NCBI GenBank assembly: GCA_963746845.1 | Contig: CAVVCZ010000008.1 | Coordinates: 1-64,000 of the forward strand | Length of the DNA: 64,000 bases | Direction: 5' to 3' | Origin: an uncultured Chloroflexia bacterium | Lineage (GTDB): Bacteria; Chloroflexota; Limnocylindria; Limnocylindrales; CSP1-4 | Shown here: positions 48,765 to 57,768 of the stretch, piece by piece | Numbering within the stretch: position 1 is the first letter of the stretch | Layout: the number at the start of each line of letters is the position of its first letter | The notes under the pieces: model-generated | The model's database searches: none | The model's input: only the letters and a program-made list of their open reading frames with translations | What the model was told of the DNA's origin: nothing | Translations under genes and position numbers: made by a program

Positions 48765-50809
48765 CAGCTGCCGGTCAGGAGGGTCCGACGCCGGACGCCA
48801 CGGTCACGCAGCCAGCGGAACGCCAGCCACACGCCGAGGGCGAGCGCGGCCAGGGAGGCGACGACGCCGATGATCCGGTTCCGCCCGACTGCGGACGCCG
48901 ACCCCCAGGTCGCCTTCGCGAACGAGCTCGCCCGAACCGTCGTCTCGAGGTCGCCCGCGGCGAACGCGGTGGCCGCCTCGGCCAGCGACGCGTCCGGCTT
49001 CGCGTTCCACAGCCCGATCGTCTGGACGATGTCGGTCCCACCCGTCCGTGACGCCGCGGCATCGCGGTACGCGGCAATCGCGGCCAGCTCCGCCTCTGCC
49101 TCCGCCGACGCGGCGGCGAAGCCGCGCGGGCCCTCGAAGTCGACCTGCATCGTGTCGGGTGGCGTCAGCCCGGCAGCCGATGCCGCGTCGGCGACCGCGT
49201 CACGGTCGTCGAGCGCGTTGGACGCGGCGTTCAGCAGCTCGCCGAGCCGCTCGTACTGCCAGACCCGGAGCGCGTCGCGCACGACGCGCGGCATCTGCCA
49301 GTCGCCGGCCCGCGCCGCGACCTCCGCGTAGCCCGTCTTCGCCGCGTCGCGGTCGATGATCAGGTCGGCCTCGGCCGGTCGCGCGACCCAGTCCGTCCAC
49401 AGGTCGGTGAAGTCCTTGCCGGTCCGGTCCTCGAGCAGGTCGAGGAGACCGCGCCAGTCCGGGGCGGCCTCGGACCGCTCGAGATCGGCCGCGCCCGCGG
49501 CGACGGCGCCCTGCATGTTGCCCGGCTGGAACGGCGCGCGACGCTCCTGGATCGCCGCCCACAGGGACCGCAGGCCGTCCGGACCCGCCCGCTCGGCGAC
49601 GAGGGACGCCAGACGCAGGGCCGCGGCGTACTCCGCGTCCTCGGCCCGGGACGAGGTGCCGTCGGGGTTGGGCGGCCCCCACGCGTTCAGCGGCACGCGG
49701 AGCTTCGCGAGCGCCGGGGTCAGCGGATCACCGACGACTCCCTTCGCCTTGATCGCCTTGGCGGCCCCCAGGGCGTACCACGACGCGAACCCCTCGCTCG
49801 CCCATCGGTCGGCCAGCAGGCCGCCGTCGAACCAGGCGTGAGCGGCCTCGTGGAGGATCACGAACGTGTCCGCGTAGTAGGCGATCTCGATCGTGCCCTC
49901 GGCGGGCCGGTACTGGCTCGCGAAGCCGCTCGTGTTGCGGCTGACCGCCTCCTGGACGATGAGCGGACGGCTCGCGGTCCACGGCAGGCCGATCGCCTTC
50001 GAGAGCGCCGGCAGGCCCTTCGTCAGGAGCGAGCCGACCCGCTTCGCCCAGGCCGTGTCATCGGGCCACGACCGGAGCGTGATCGGGACCGTCTCCCCGC
50101 CGATCGGGACGTTGAGCTTCGTCTCCTTGAAGGCGCTCGGGCGGTCGGCGGTGAACGTGGCGATGAACGAGGTCGGGTTGGCGAGCCGGCCGGTCTGGAA
50201 GACCGTGTTGCCGGCGGCGTCGGTCGAGGGCTTGCCGACGCTGCCGCCACTCGGCTGGATCGCGTACCCGGGCGGGAAGACGACCGTGACGCTGCCACCC
50301 GTCGCGCCGTCGCTGCCAAGGCCCCACGCGCTGAACGACACGAGGCTGGTCCCGATCCGAAGTGGGCGGGTCGGGGCGCCGCCCGGGTCCGGGATGTCGA
50401 AGCGGATCGAGAACGTCCGCGTCGCGCCCGCGCCGAGCTGCTTTCCGAAGTCGATCCTGAGCAGGTTGTAGGTCTTGTGGCGCGCGGTCGCGGTCACCTT
50501 CGGCGCCGCGCCCGCGCTCGAGATCTTGAAGCCGGTCGTGCCCGGCGGCACGGACAGGAACGCGCGATCGAAGAAGTAGCGGCGGGTCTTCGTGTCGGCC
50601 AGGTGGTTCGTGGCGGACAGGGCCACGGTCACGTGGACCTTGTGGGTCGCCGGGTCGACGACGTAGCGGGCGTCCGCCGTCGTCGTCAGGCCGCTCGCCG
50701 CGGCCACGTCGCCCGGCGCGCCCGGAGCGCCCGCGGGCAGGAGCGCGGTCACGGAGACGAGGCTGAGGGCGGCGACCAGGGTCGCCGCCGCGAGTCGCCC
50801 GCGGATCAT
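48764..50809 (-). CDS. Membrane-anchored gluzincin (peptidase MA-like) protein, paralog of the downstream gene
   Basis: Signal peptide, ILHEAAHAWF..RWASEGFA, DWR.LLDLLE, C-terminal TM plus basic tail. Confidence 0.8.
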   Translation of the reverse strand: MIRGRLAAATLVAALSLVSVTALLPAGAPGAPGDVAAASGLTTTADARYVVDPATHKVHVTVALSATNHLADTKTRRYFFDRAFLSVPPGTTGFKISSAGAAPKVTATARHKTYNLLRIDFGKQLGAGATRTFSIRFDIPDPGGAPTRPLRIGTSLVSFSAWGLGSDGATGGSVTVVFPPGYAIQPSGGSVGKPSTDAAGNTVFQTGRLANPTSFIATFTADRPSAFKETKLNVPIGGETVPITLRSWPDDTAWAKRVGSLLTKGLPALSKAIGLPWTASRPLIVQEAVSRNTSGFASQYRPAEGTIEIAYYADTFVILHEAAHAWFDGGLLADRWASEGFASWYALGAAKAIKAKGVVGDPLTPALAKLRVPLNAWGPPNPDGTSSRAEDAEYAAALRLASLVAERAGPDGLRSLWAAIQERRAPFQPGNMQGAVAAGAADLERSEAAPDWRGLLDLLEDRTGKDFTDLWTDWVARPAEADLIIDRDAAKTGYAEVAARAGDWQMPRVVRDALRVWQYERLGELLNAASNALDDRDAVADAASAAGLTPPDTMQVDFEGPRGFAAASAEAEAELAAIAAYRDAAASRTGGTDIVQTIGLWNAKPDASLAEAATAFAAGDLETTVRASSFAKATWGSASAVGRNRIIGVVASLAALALGVWLAFRWLRDRGVRRRTLLTGS

Positions 50810-51351
50810 CCGACGGCGGCCGGCTCGACGGGTCCGATCACCTCGGCCAGGCGATCCGCGTAGCGGACGAGCAGGTGGGCGCCGCGGCTCGTCCGGGCGC
50901 TCGTGTCCGGGACCCGGCCGCCGACCCACAGCCAGCTCGCGGACTCCTCGAGCAGCCGATCGGCGATCGCGAGGGAGCGCGCGATCGCGAGCCCCAGCTC
51001 GTCCCGGTCGAGGGTGGCCACGGGGATCTCCGTCGCGAGGACCGGCCGCTCGTCCTCGGCGAGCGAGAACTTCACGAACGGGTACTCGTCGTTCCAGCGC
51101 AAGAGCTTGCGGTACGACTTCCGGAACGCGTCCCCGATCGGCGGGGCGAAATGGACCCAGCAGATCAGGGCGAAGCCCGGATCGAGGATCAGGGTGATCG
51201 GGACGTCGAAGCGGCGCAGGCCGTCGAGGCGCAGGTCCCACGACGAGACGCTGTCGCGGTCGGCGCGCTCGGTCGGCGCCAGCCCGAGGTCGTCGAGCCA
51301 GCGCTCGACATCGGTCGGTCGGACCATCGCCCCCGACTCCGCTGCAGGCAT
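50806..51351 (-). CDS. YbjN-like (T3SS chaperone fold) protein
   Basis: YRKLLRWNDEYPFVKFSL.ED..VL..E; ATGA-coupled to the downstream peptidase. Confidence 0.65.
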   Translation of the reverse strand: MPAAESGAMVRPTDVERWLDDLGLAPTERADRDSVSSWDLRLDGLRRFDVPITLILDPGFALICWVHFAPPIGDAFRKSYRKLLRWNDEYPFVKFSLAEDERPVLATEIPVATLDRDELGLAIARSLAIADRLLEESASWLWVGGRVPDTSARTSRGAHLLVRYADRLAEVIGPVEPAAVG

Positions 51352-51405
51352 GGCGGGCAGTCTACCGTCCGGTGTCGATCGGGGCCGTCGCGGCCCCTCG
51401 GGCGC

Positions 51406-52800
51406 TCAGGTGTCCGAGGCGCCCCCGGCGCGGGCGACCGAGCCCGCCGACGACGACTCCTTGACGGCGGCGGACGATCCGGACCGCGCGGCGCCGGCCT
51501 CGGCCCGTCGATTGGCGACGGCCAGCCGCGCTGCGGCGGTCGCGGGCCGACCGGACTCGATCGACGAACCGCTTTTCACGACGCGCTTCGGGAAGTCGGT
51601 CGCCTTCACGTCGCCGGCGATCTTCACGTTCCGTCCGATCCGCGCCCCGCGCGGGATCACCGCCCGCTTGCCGATCACCGTGATCCCGGTGTTCAGCCGG
51701 CCGGGCTCCTGCTTGTTCGGCGTGTCGAAGTCCGGTCCGTCGCCGACGATCGCGCCCGGCCCGACCACGACCTCCTTGTCGAGGATCGAACGGTCGACGA
51801 CCGCGCCGGATCGGATGATCGAGTCGAACATCACGATCGAGTCGCGGACCACCGCCCCGACGTCCACCCGGACGCCCGGCGACAGCACGCTGTTCACGAC
51901 CGTCCCGTTGATCACGCAGCCGTGGCTGATCAGGCTCCGGTGGACCTGCGCGGTCGGGCCGACCTGGGCGGGCGCCCGTTCCTCCGACCGGGTGTGGATC
52001 AGCCAGTCACGGTCGTACAGGTCGAGCGCGGCGTTGTCCTCGAGCAGTGCGAGGTTCGCCTCCCAGTAGCTCTGGATCGTCCCGACGTCCTGCCAGTACC
52101 CCTCGAAGTGGTAGCCGAAGACGCGGGCACCGCCGTCGAGCATCGCCGGGATGACGTCGCGGCCGAAGTCGTTGCGGTCCTCGCTCAGCCAGCGCATCAG
52201 GGCCCGCTTCGAGAAGACGTAGACGCCCATCGACGCGAGATCGCTCTTCGGGTGCTTGGGCTTCTCCTGCCACTCGGTGACCCTGTCGTTCTCGTCGAGC
52301 GCGAGGATTCCCATCCGCGTCGCCTCGATGAGCGGCACCCGCCGGACCGCGATCGTGACGTCGGCCCGCTTCCGGCGATGGGCGGCGATGAACGGCTGGT
52401 AGTCCATCTTGTAGATGTGGTCGCCGGCGAGGATCAGGACGATGTCGCCCCCGTCGTGCTCGATGACGTTGAAGTTCTGAAGGACCGCGTCGGCCGTCCC
52501 GCGATACCACTCCGCGACGCGGCCGCGCGCGATGTACGGCTGGAGGAGCTTCACGCCGCCGTTGTTGCGGTCGAGGTCCCACGGCCGGCCGAGACCGATG
52601 TGGTCGTTCAGCGAGCGTGGGTTGTACTGGGTCAGGACCACGACGTTGTCGATGTCGGAGTTGACGCAGTTCGACAGCGTGAAGTCGATGATCCGGTACT
52701 TGCCGCCGAACGGGACGGCAGGCTTCGCGCGGACCGACGAGAGGATCGACAGGCGCTCACCCTCACCACCGGCGAGGATCACCGCCATCGTCCGCTTCAT
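51406..52800 (-). CDS. glgC: Glucose-1-phosphate adenylyltransferase
   Basis: [57 protein letters not shown]. Confidence 0.96.
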   Translation of the reverse strand: MKRTMAVILAGGEGERLSILSSVRAKPAVPFGGKYRIIDFTLSNCVNSDIDNVVVLTQYNPRSLNDHIGLGRPWDLDRNNGGVKLLQPYIARGRVAEWYRGTADAVLQNFNVIEHDGGDIVLILAGDHIYKMDYQPFIAAHRRKRADVTIAVRRVPLIEATRMGILALDENDRVTEWQEKPKHPKSDLASMGVYVFSKRALMRWLSEDRNDFGRDVIPAMLDGGARVFGYHFEGYWQDVGTIQSYWEANLALLEDNAALDLYDRDWLIHTRSEERAPAQVGPTAQVHRSLISHGCVINGTVVNSVLSPGVRVDVGAVVRDSIVMFDSIIRSGAVVDRSILDKEVVVGPGAIVGDGPDFDTPNKQEPGRLNTGITVIGKRAVIPRGARIGRNVKIAGDVKATDFPKRVVKSGSSIESGRPATAAARLAVANRRAEAGAARSGSSAAVKESSSAGSVARAGGASDT

Positions 52801-52871
52801 CGTCCGATGCTAACAGCCTCGGCCGTCGTTCACCGGTGACCGGGAGGTGAACGTTCGGTTGCGCGGACGAG

Positions 52872-54254
52872 CTAGAGGAACAGCCGCGGGTTGACGAAGT
52901 CGTCGTTGAACCGGACGGCCCAATGGAGGTGCGCCCCGGTCGAGTGGCCCGTGTTGCCCTCGTGGCCGACAACCTGGCCGGCGTTGACATGCGTGCCCGT
53001 GTGGGCGGGGCAGTTCGGGGTCATGTGGGCGTACCAGGTCTCGAGCGACTGGCTGTGGGCGACGATCACGATCCACGCCGGGTCGGCCCCGTCCGCGTAG
53101 TTCCAGCCGCAGTAGACGACCTCGCCTGCCCCGGACGCGCGCACCGGAGTGCCGTACGGGCTGACGATGTCGATCCCCTGGTGGAAGTGGGCGCAGGTGC
53201 CGAGCGGAGGCTCGAAGACGACGCCGGTGCAGCCGAAGTCCTGGCTCACGGCGCCCGACATCGGCCACTTCAGCGTCCCGTTGTATTGGGACGGGATGTT
53301 GCCGTGGGCGTATTGCTGGGCGACGAGGTCGCTGATCTTCTGGGCGAGCGCGTGCTTGGCGGCGTCCGTGATCCTGAGCGCCTTGGCGAGGTCCTTCTTG
53401 TTCCGGGCCAGCCGTGCGTAGGCGGCGTTCTGGATCGCGAGCGCGCTCTTCGTCGCCTGCTCGAGGCGACGGAGCTCGGCCTGCGCGGCCTTCAGCGCCT
53501 TGAGCTGCTTGTCCAGCTTCGCCTTCTGGGCGGCGGTCTGGACCCGCAGGTCATCGGTGGCCGAGCGCATGTCCTCGACGGTCTGCTCGACCGCCGCGAG
53601 GGTCTGCTGGTCCTGGACGATCTGGATGGCGAGGGCCTTGTCCTGCTCGCTGACGTCGATCGCGTAGCTGACGTCGGACAGGACGTCCGTGAACGATTCG
53701 CCCGAGAGGAAGGTCTCGAGCATCGACGTGCGATCCGTGTCGTACGCCTGGCGGAGCCGGTCGGCGAGGATCGCCTTGCGCTCGGCCAGCTGCCAGCGCA
53801 TCCGCATCTCGTTGATCTTGATCCGTGCGAGCTGACTGTCGAGGAGGTTCAGGCTGGCGACCTGGGCCAGGTAGTTCAGCCGCACGACCGCGATCTTCCG
53901 CGCCATCGTGTTGATCGAGGCCCGGACCGAGACGAGATCGGCGTTGATCCCGTTGAGCTGGCGCTTCGTCGCGGCGATCTCTTGGCCGAGATCGGCCTGG
54001 AGGGCGTTGATCTGGTCGACCTGCGCCTTCTGGTCCTTCAGCTGCTGGGCGAGCGCGGTCTGGCGGGCTCGAGCGTCGGAGAGCTCGTCCGCGCCGACCG
54101 GTGACGCGGGCGCGCCGCCGATCCCGACGATGAGGGACGCGAGGACGAGCAGGGGGACGAAGCGCGCACGGCCGAGGACAGGTCGTCGGCCGATCCGGCC
54201 GGTGCCCTGGCTGCGTGACGTGTCGGGGGCCGAGTGGGCGCCTGGGCGCTTCAC
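52872..54254 (-). CDS. Secreted coiled-coil M23 peptidase (EnvC/CwlO-like murein hydrolase)
   Basis: Signal peptide, long coiled coil, FHQGIDI, TWYAHM, GNTGHSTGAHLHW, NPRLFL; GTG 54254 is the last canonical start before the signal peptide. Confidence 0.88.
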   Translation of the reverse strand: MKRPGAHSAPDTSRSQGTGRIGRRPVLGRARFVPLLVLASLIVGIGGAPASPVGADELSDARARQTALAQQLKDQKAQVDQINALQADLGQEIAATKRQLNGINADLVSVRASINTMARKIAVVRLNYLAQVASLNLLDSQLARIKINEMRMRWQLAERKAILADRLRQAYDTDRTSMLETFLSGESFTDVLSDVSYAIDVSEQDKALAIQIVQDQQTLAAVEQTVEDMRSATDDLRVQTAAQKAKLDKQLKALKAAQAELRRLEQATKSALAIQNAAYARLARNKKDLAKALRITDAAKHALAQKISDLVAQQYAHGNIPSQYNGTLKWPMSGAVSQDFGCTGVVFEPPLGTCAHFHQGIDIVSPYGTPVRASGAGEVVYCGWNYADGADPAWIVIVAHSQSLETWYAHMTPNCPAHTGTHVNAGQVVGHEGNTGHSTGAHLHWAVRFNDDFVNPRLFL

Positions 54255-54392
54255 CGGGGCATCGTCATCGTGCGAACAACTCCGTTGGCGTTGCCCCGTT
54301 CTCACCAGACGCGCTGGGGGCGCGGGTGTCGGCAGCGACGCCGATCGTTCCGCCCCGACAGGGCACCCTCAGGACGATGACCGACTGCCCGG
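54255..54392 (-). ncRNA. Candidate structured 5' leader, copy 2 (shared with the CAP gene leader)
   Basis: Starts just after -10 TATGAT (54394-54399); closing stem GGGCA..GTCATCGT/ACGATGAC..TGCCC; junction GCGTCTGGTGAGAACG; 3' TTCGCACGA. Confidence 0.55.
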
Positions 54393-54503
54393 CATCATAC
54401 CTCGGGCTGTCCAACCTATCAGCCGTCCGGAGGCCCCGGGACCCTGACGATGGTCCCAAGTCGTGCCGGGACGCCGCTCGCCACGGCAGCGCCCGGACAA
54501 CCA

Positions 54504-55148
54504 TCAGGGCGTGACGAAGATCGCCCAGAGCGCGCCGAAGATCAGGAACGGCCCGAACGGCACATACGTCCGCCGACCGACCCGCTTCGTCACGAGCAGT
54601 ACGAGCAGCACGATCCCGGCCACCAGCAATCCGGCGATCAGACCGTTGAGCGCACGCAACAGCCCGAGCATCAGCCCGACCCCCACGAGCAGCTTCACGT
54701 CGCCCATCCCGAACGCGCCGGCCCCGAACGGGATCGACAGCAGGTACAGCCCGCCCGGCAGGACGATCGCGACGATCAGCGCCGCGATCCACGCCCCGCC
54801 GACGAGCGGGTTGTGACCGGTCAGGTTCAGCACGAGAGCCACCGGGATGATCGGCAGCGTCACCTCGTCGGGGAGCAGACGCTGGTCGAGGTCCACCGCG
54901 AACCCGAGGACCAGGGACGCGAACCAGGCGGCGAACACGACGACAGCCACGGCCTCGGCGTCGGCGAACTTCAGGTCGAGGAGCGAGAACGCGAACGCCC
55001 CGACCGCGCCCGTGACGACCGTCCGCCAGCCCATCGGCCGGCCGGGTGGATGCTCGTCGTCGTGCTCGGGCCAGCGCACGGCGAGGCGATCCGCGGCGAC
55101 GCCGAACACGGCCCCGCAGATCGCGAGGGCCGCGGCGAGAGGGGTCAG
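54504..55148 (-). CDS. Prepilin peptidase (A24 family) lacking the N-terminal Cys-rich domain; start uncertain
   Basis: DLDQRLLPD, FGMGDVKL, VPFGPFL. Confidence 0.82.
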   Translation of the reverse strand: MTPLAAALAICGAVFGVAADRLAVRWPEHDDEHPPGRPMGWRTVVTGAVGAFAFSLLDLKFADAEAVAVVVFAAWFASLVLGFAVDLDQRLLPDEVTLPIIPVALVLNLTGHNPLVGGAWIAALIVAIVLPGGLYLLSIPFGAGAFGMGDVKLLVGVGLMLGLLRALNGLIAGLLVAGIVLLVLLVTKRVGRRTYVPFGPFLIFGALWAIFVTP

Positions 55149-56662
55149 CCCTTCGCCCCGGCCAGCGCCAGCTCGACGAGCGTCGCGTGGGTGACGCCGG
55201 TCGCGCCGCGCGCCGCGTACGGCGTGGTCTTCCGGAAGTAGCCCGTGCCGCCGATGTCGAGGTGGACCCACGGCACCGTCCGGAACTCTCGCAGGAAGAT
55301 GCCCGACTTCACGAGCGACCCTTCGGCGGAGCCCGTGTTGATGATGTCGCCGTACCAGCTGTCCATGTCGCTCGTGTACTCATCGACGAGCGGGATCTGC
55401 CAGTAGCGCTCGGCGGCCCGATCGGCCGCGGCCATCACCTGGTCCCACCACGGCTGGGGCGTCCCGAACGCCCCGGTGATCAGGTGCCCGAACGCCCGCG
55501 ACACCGCGCCGGTGAGCGTGGCCACGTCGACGATGTGGGTCGCCCCGAGGCGCTCCGCGTAGGTCATCGCGTCACCGAGGATCAGGCGGCCCTCGGCGTC
55601 GGTGTTGATGATGTCGACCCACTTGCCGTTCAGCGCGCGAACGACGTCGCCCGGCCGCGTCGAGTGCGGACCGGGCATGTTCTCGACGGCCGGGGCGACC
55701 GCGAGGAGCGGTGTGCCCGGGGCGATCCGGGACACGGTGTCGATGGCCGCGATCACGGTGCACGCACCGATCTTGTCCATCTTCATCTCTTCCATCCGGT
55801 CGGCCGGCTTGATGCTGATGCCGCCGGAGTCGAAGCAGACGCCCTTGCCGACGATCGCGAGATGACGGTCGAGGGCGTCGCGCTCCCCTTCCCCGCCCGA
55901 GCGCATGACGATCATCCGCGGCGGGTTGTCGCTGCCCTGGCCGACGGCGAGGAACATCCCCATCCCGAGGTCCCGCGCGCGGTCGGGCTCGATGACGTCG
56001 ATCCACAGCCCGTGGCGCTCCGCGATCGTGCGGGCTTCCTCGGCGAGGACCTCCGGGCTGACGTCATTGGCAGATCGGTTCGAGAGCGACTTCGCGTGGT
56101 TCGCGCCCTCGCCGATGATCACGCCGCGCTCGGCGGCCCGCTGCAGCTCCCCGGTCGAGGCCGCGCCGGTCGCCACGAGGATCAGCTCGTCGAGGACCGG
56201 CGGCGCGGTGGCGAGGTCGTCGGGGTCGCGATACAGGGTCTTCGGGTCGAAGCCCCCCTCGACGACCCCGCGGGCGATCAGCTCGGCGACCGCGGCGGCA
56301 CCCCCATCGAGAATGGCCGACAACGGATCGAGCCAGACCGCCAGCGTCCGCGCATGACGGCCGCCGAGCCGGTGCTCCGTCGCGGCGCCGACGTGCAGGA
56401 CGGTCTCGCGGTCGAGCTTGGCCGGGTCGCCGGCACTGACCGTGAGAACCCGGCCGGCCGCGAGCTCACCGGGGGCGGCGATCGACGAGCTGTATCGCTT
56501 CGCCCGCAGCTCGCCGAACGCGGCGAGGGCCGCGAGCTCGCCGCCGGTTCGCTTGTTCAGCTCGCCGAGAGGGCCGTCGAATGCCGGGTCACCGACGATC
56601 GGGACGGCGAGGACGTCGGCCCGGACGTCCCACGGTTGGTCGGTGACGACACGCAGCAGCAC
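55145..56662 (-). CDS. pepA: Leucyl aminopeptidase (M17)
   Basis: VGKGVCFDSGG.SIK, MKMDK.GA, ENMPG, NTDAEGRL.L.D, ATLTGA, WVHLDI.G. Confidence 0.93.
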   Translation of the reverse strand: MLLRVVTDQPWDVRADVLAVPIVGDPAFDGPLGELNKRTGGELAALAAFGELRAKRYSSSIAAPGELAAGRVLTVSAGDPAKLDRETVLHVGAATEHRLGGRHARTLAVWLDPLSAILDGGAAAVAELIARGVVEGGFDPKTLYRDPDDLATAPPVLDELILVATGAASTGELQRAAERGVIIGEGANHAKSLSNRSANDVSPEVLAEEARTIAERHGLWIDVIEPDRARDLGMGMFLAVGQGSDNPPRMIVMRSGGEGERDALDRHLAIVGKGVCFDSGGISIKPADRMEEMKMDKIGACTVIAAIDTVSRIAPGTPLLAVAPAVENMPGPHSTRPGDVVRALNGKWVDIINTDAEGRLILGDAMTYAERLGATHIVDVATLTGAVSRAFGHLITGAFGTPQPWWDQVMAAADRAAERYWQIPLVDEYTSDMDSWYGDIINTGSAEGSLVKSGIFLREFRTVPWVHLDIGGTGYFRKTTPYAARGATGVTHATLVELALAGAKG

Positions 56663-56737
56663 GGATGGGCTCTCCTTGCGGTGAGTCGCGCCACGGGTCG
56701 GGCGCGTCCGGGATGAGTGGCCGCAGTGTAGCGGCGG

Positions 56738-57718
56738 TCAGCCGCTCGCCGTCGGAGCCGGGGACGACGATGACCTGGGCGCCGCCAGCTCGTCGACAGC
56801 CGACTGGAGCTTGAGCTTCGCCCCTTCGATCCCGATGACGGCCTGATTGAGCCCGCCCCGGCCGATCTCGGCGAGGATAATCACGAGTCCCGAGGTGTTC
56901 GCCGGCAGCAGCGAGTGCGCGTGACGCTCGTCGATCGCGGCCTGCTTGAGGTCGTCCGTGATCCGGCCCTTCGCGTCGATCGTGGCCTGGTACAGGTGGC
57001 CGAGCGCCGCGTCGTACTCGACGTTCCGGTCGATCCACTGCGTCAACGTCGTGACGTCGACCGTGTTCGCCAGGGCGTCGCGAAGCGTCTTCGCCGCGTC
57101 GAGCTTCGCCTGCGCCTCCTTCAGCGTCTTCAGCGCCGCGGCGTACTTGCCGGCCCGGCCGCTCGCCGCCGCCTGGCCCGCGATCGTGTCGTGATCGGTG
57201 AGCAGCGAGGTCAGGCCGTTGGCCGTCGTCGCCCCGGCCGCGAGCCGGATCCATGCCGCCTCGAGACCGCTTGTCGCGTCCAGCGCGGCCAGCGCGACGT
57301 CTCGCCGATGGCGGGTCTCGGGCGACCACGTGAGGTCCTCGGTCGGCCCCGTCCCCGGAAGCTGGGTCAGCTCGGCGCGGATCGCCGCCGAGCGGTCCTC
57401 GATCGACCGCGCGAGCGTCTTGCCGTCGGCGACGGACGAGTCGAGCGTCGCGAAGTCCGAGTCCACGAGGGCGGTCAGCGCGCCCCGCCCGAGCTCGCCG
57501 AGCTTGTCGACGTCGCCCGACAGGTCACTCAGCTCCGTCTGGGCCCGGGCCAGCCCGGCGGCCGCGGCGGCGTCGCCCTCGGCGGTCAGCTCCGGTCGCG
57601 CGGCGGTCCCCGGCGGGTTGGCGAGCGTCGCCACGAGCCCGGCGCCACCGATCGCGATGACCGCGGCGAGGAGCAGCCAGACGACGGTGACGGACGCCTG
57701 CTTGAGGGACGGACTCAT
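56738..57718 (-). CDS. Hypothetical membrane-anchored helical protein
   Basis: N-terminal TM segment, RPELT..GD, Ala/Leu-rich helices. Confidence 0.65.
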   Translation of the reverse strand: MSPSLKQASVTVVWLLLAAVIAIGGAGLVATLANPPGTAARPELTAEGDAAAAAGLARAQTELSDLSGDVDKLGELGRGALTALVDSDFATLDSSVADGKTLARSIEDRSAAIRAELTQLPGTGPTEDLTWSPETRHRRDVALAALDATSGLEAAWIRLAAGATTANGLTSLLTDHDTIAGQAAASGRAGKYAAALKTLKEAQAKLDAAKTLRDALANTVDVTTLTQWIDRNVEYDAALGHLYQATIDAKGRITDDLKQAAIDERHAHSLLPANTSGLVIILAEIGRGGLNQAVIGIEGAKLKLQSAVDELAAPRSSSSPAPTASG

Positions 57719-57768
57719 GCGGCGATTCGGCTCGGCCCGGACATCGGGCGGCATCGTAGCATCGGGTC

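Noticed and set aside
54255-54392. c-di-AMP (ydaO), c-di-GMP or raiA-motif identity for the M23 leader
   Set aside because: The ydaO and GEMM consensus segments are absent. A loose raiA-like resemblance (GTCG-loop-CGAT, GTGAGA) covers only part of it, the element is much shorter, and the CAP copy lacks it. cmscan is needed to exclude these formally.
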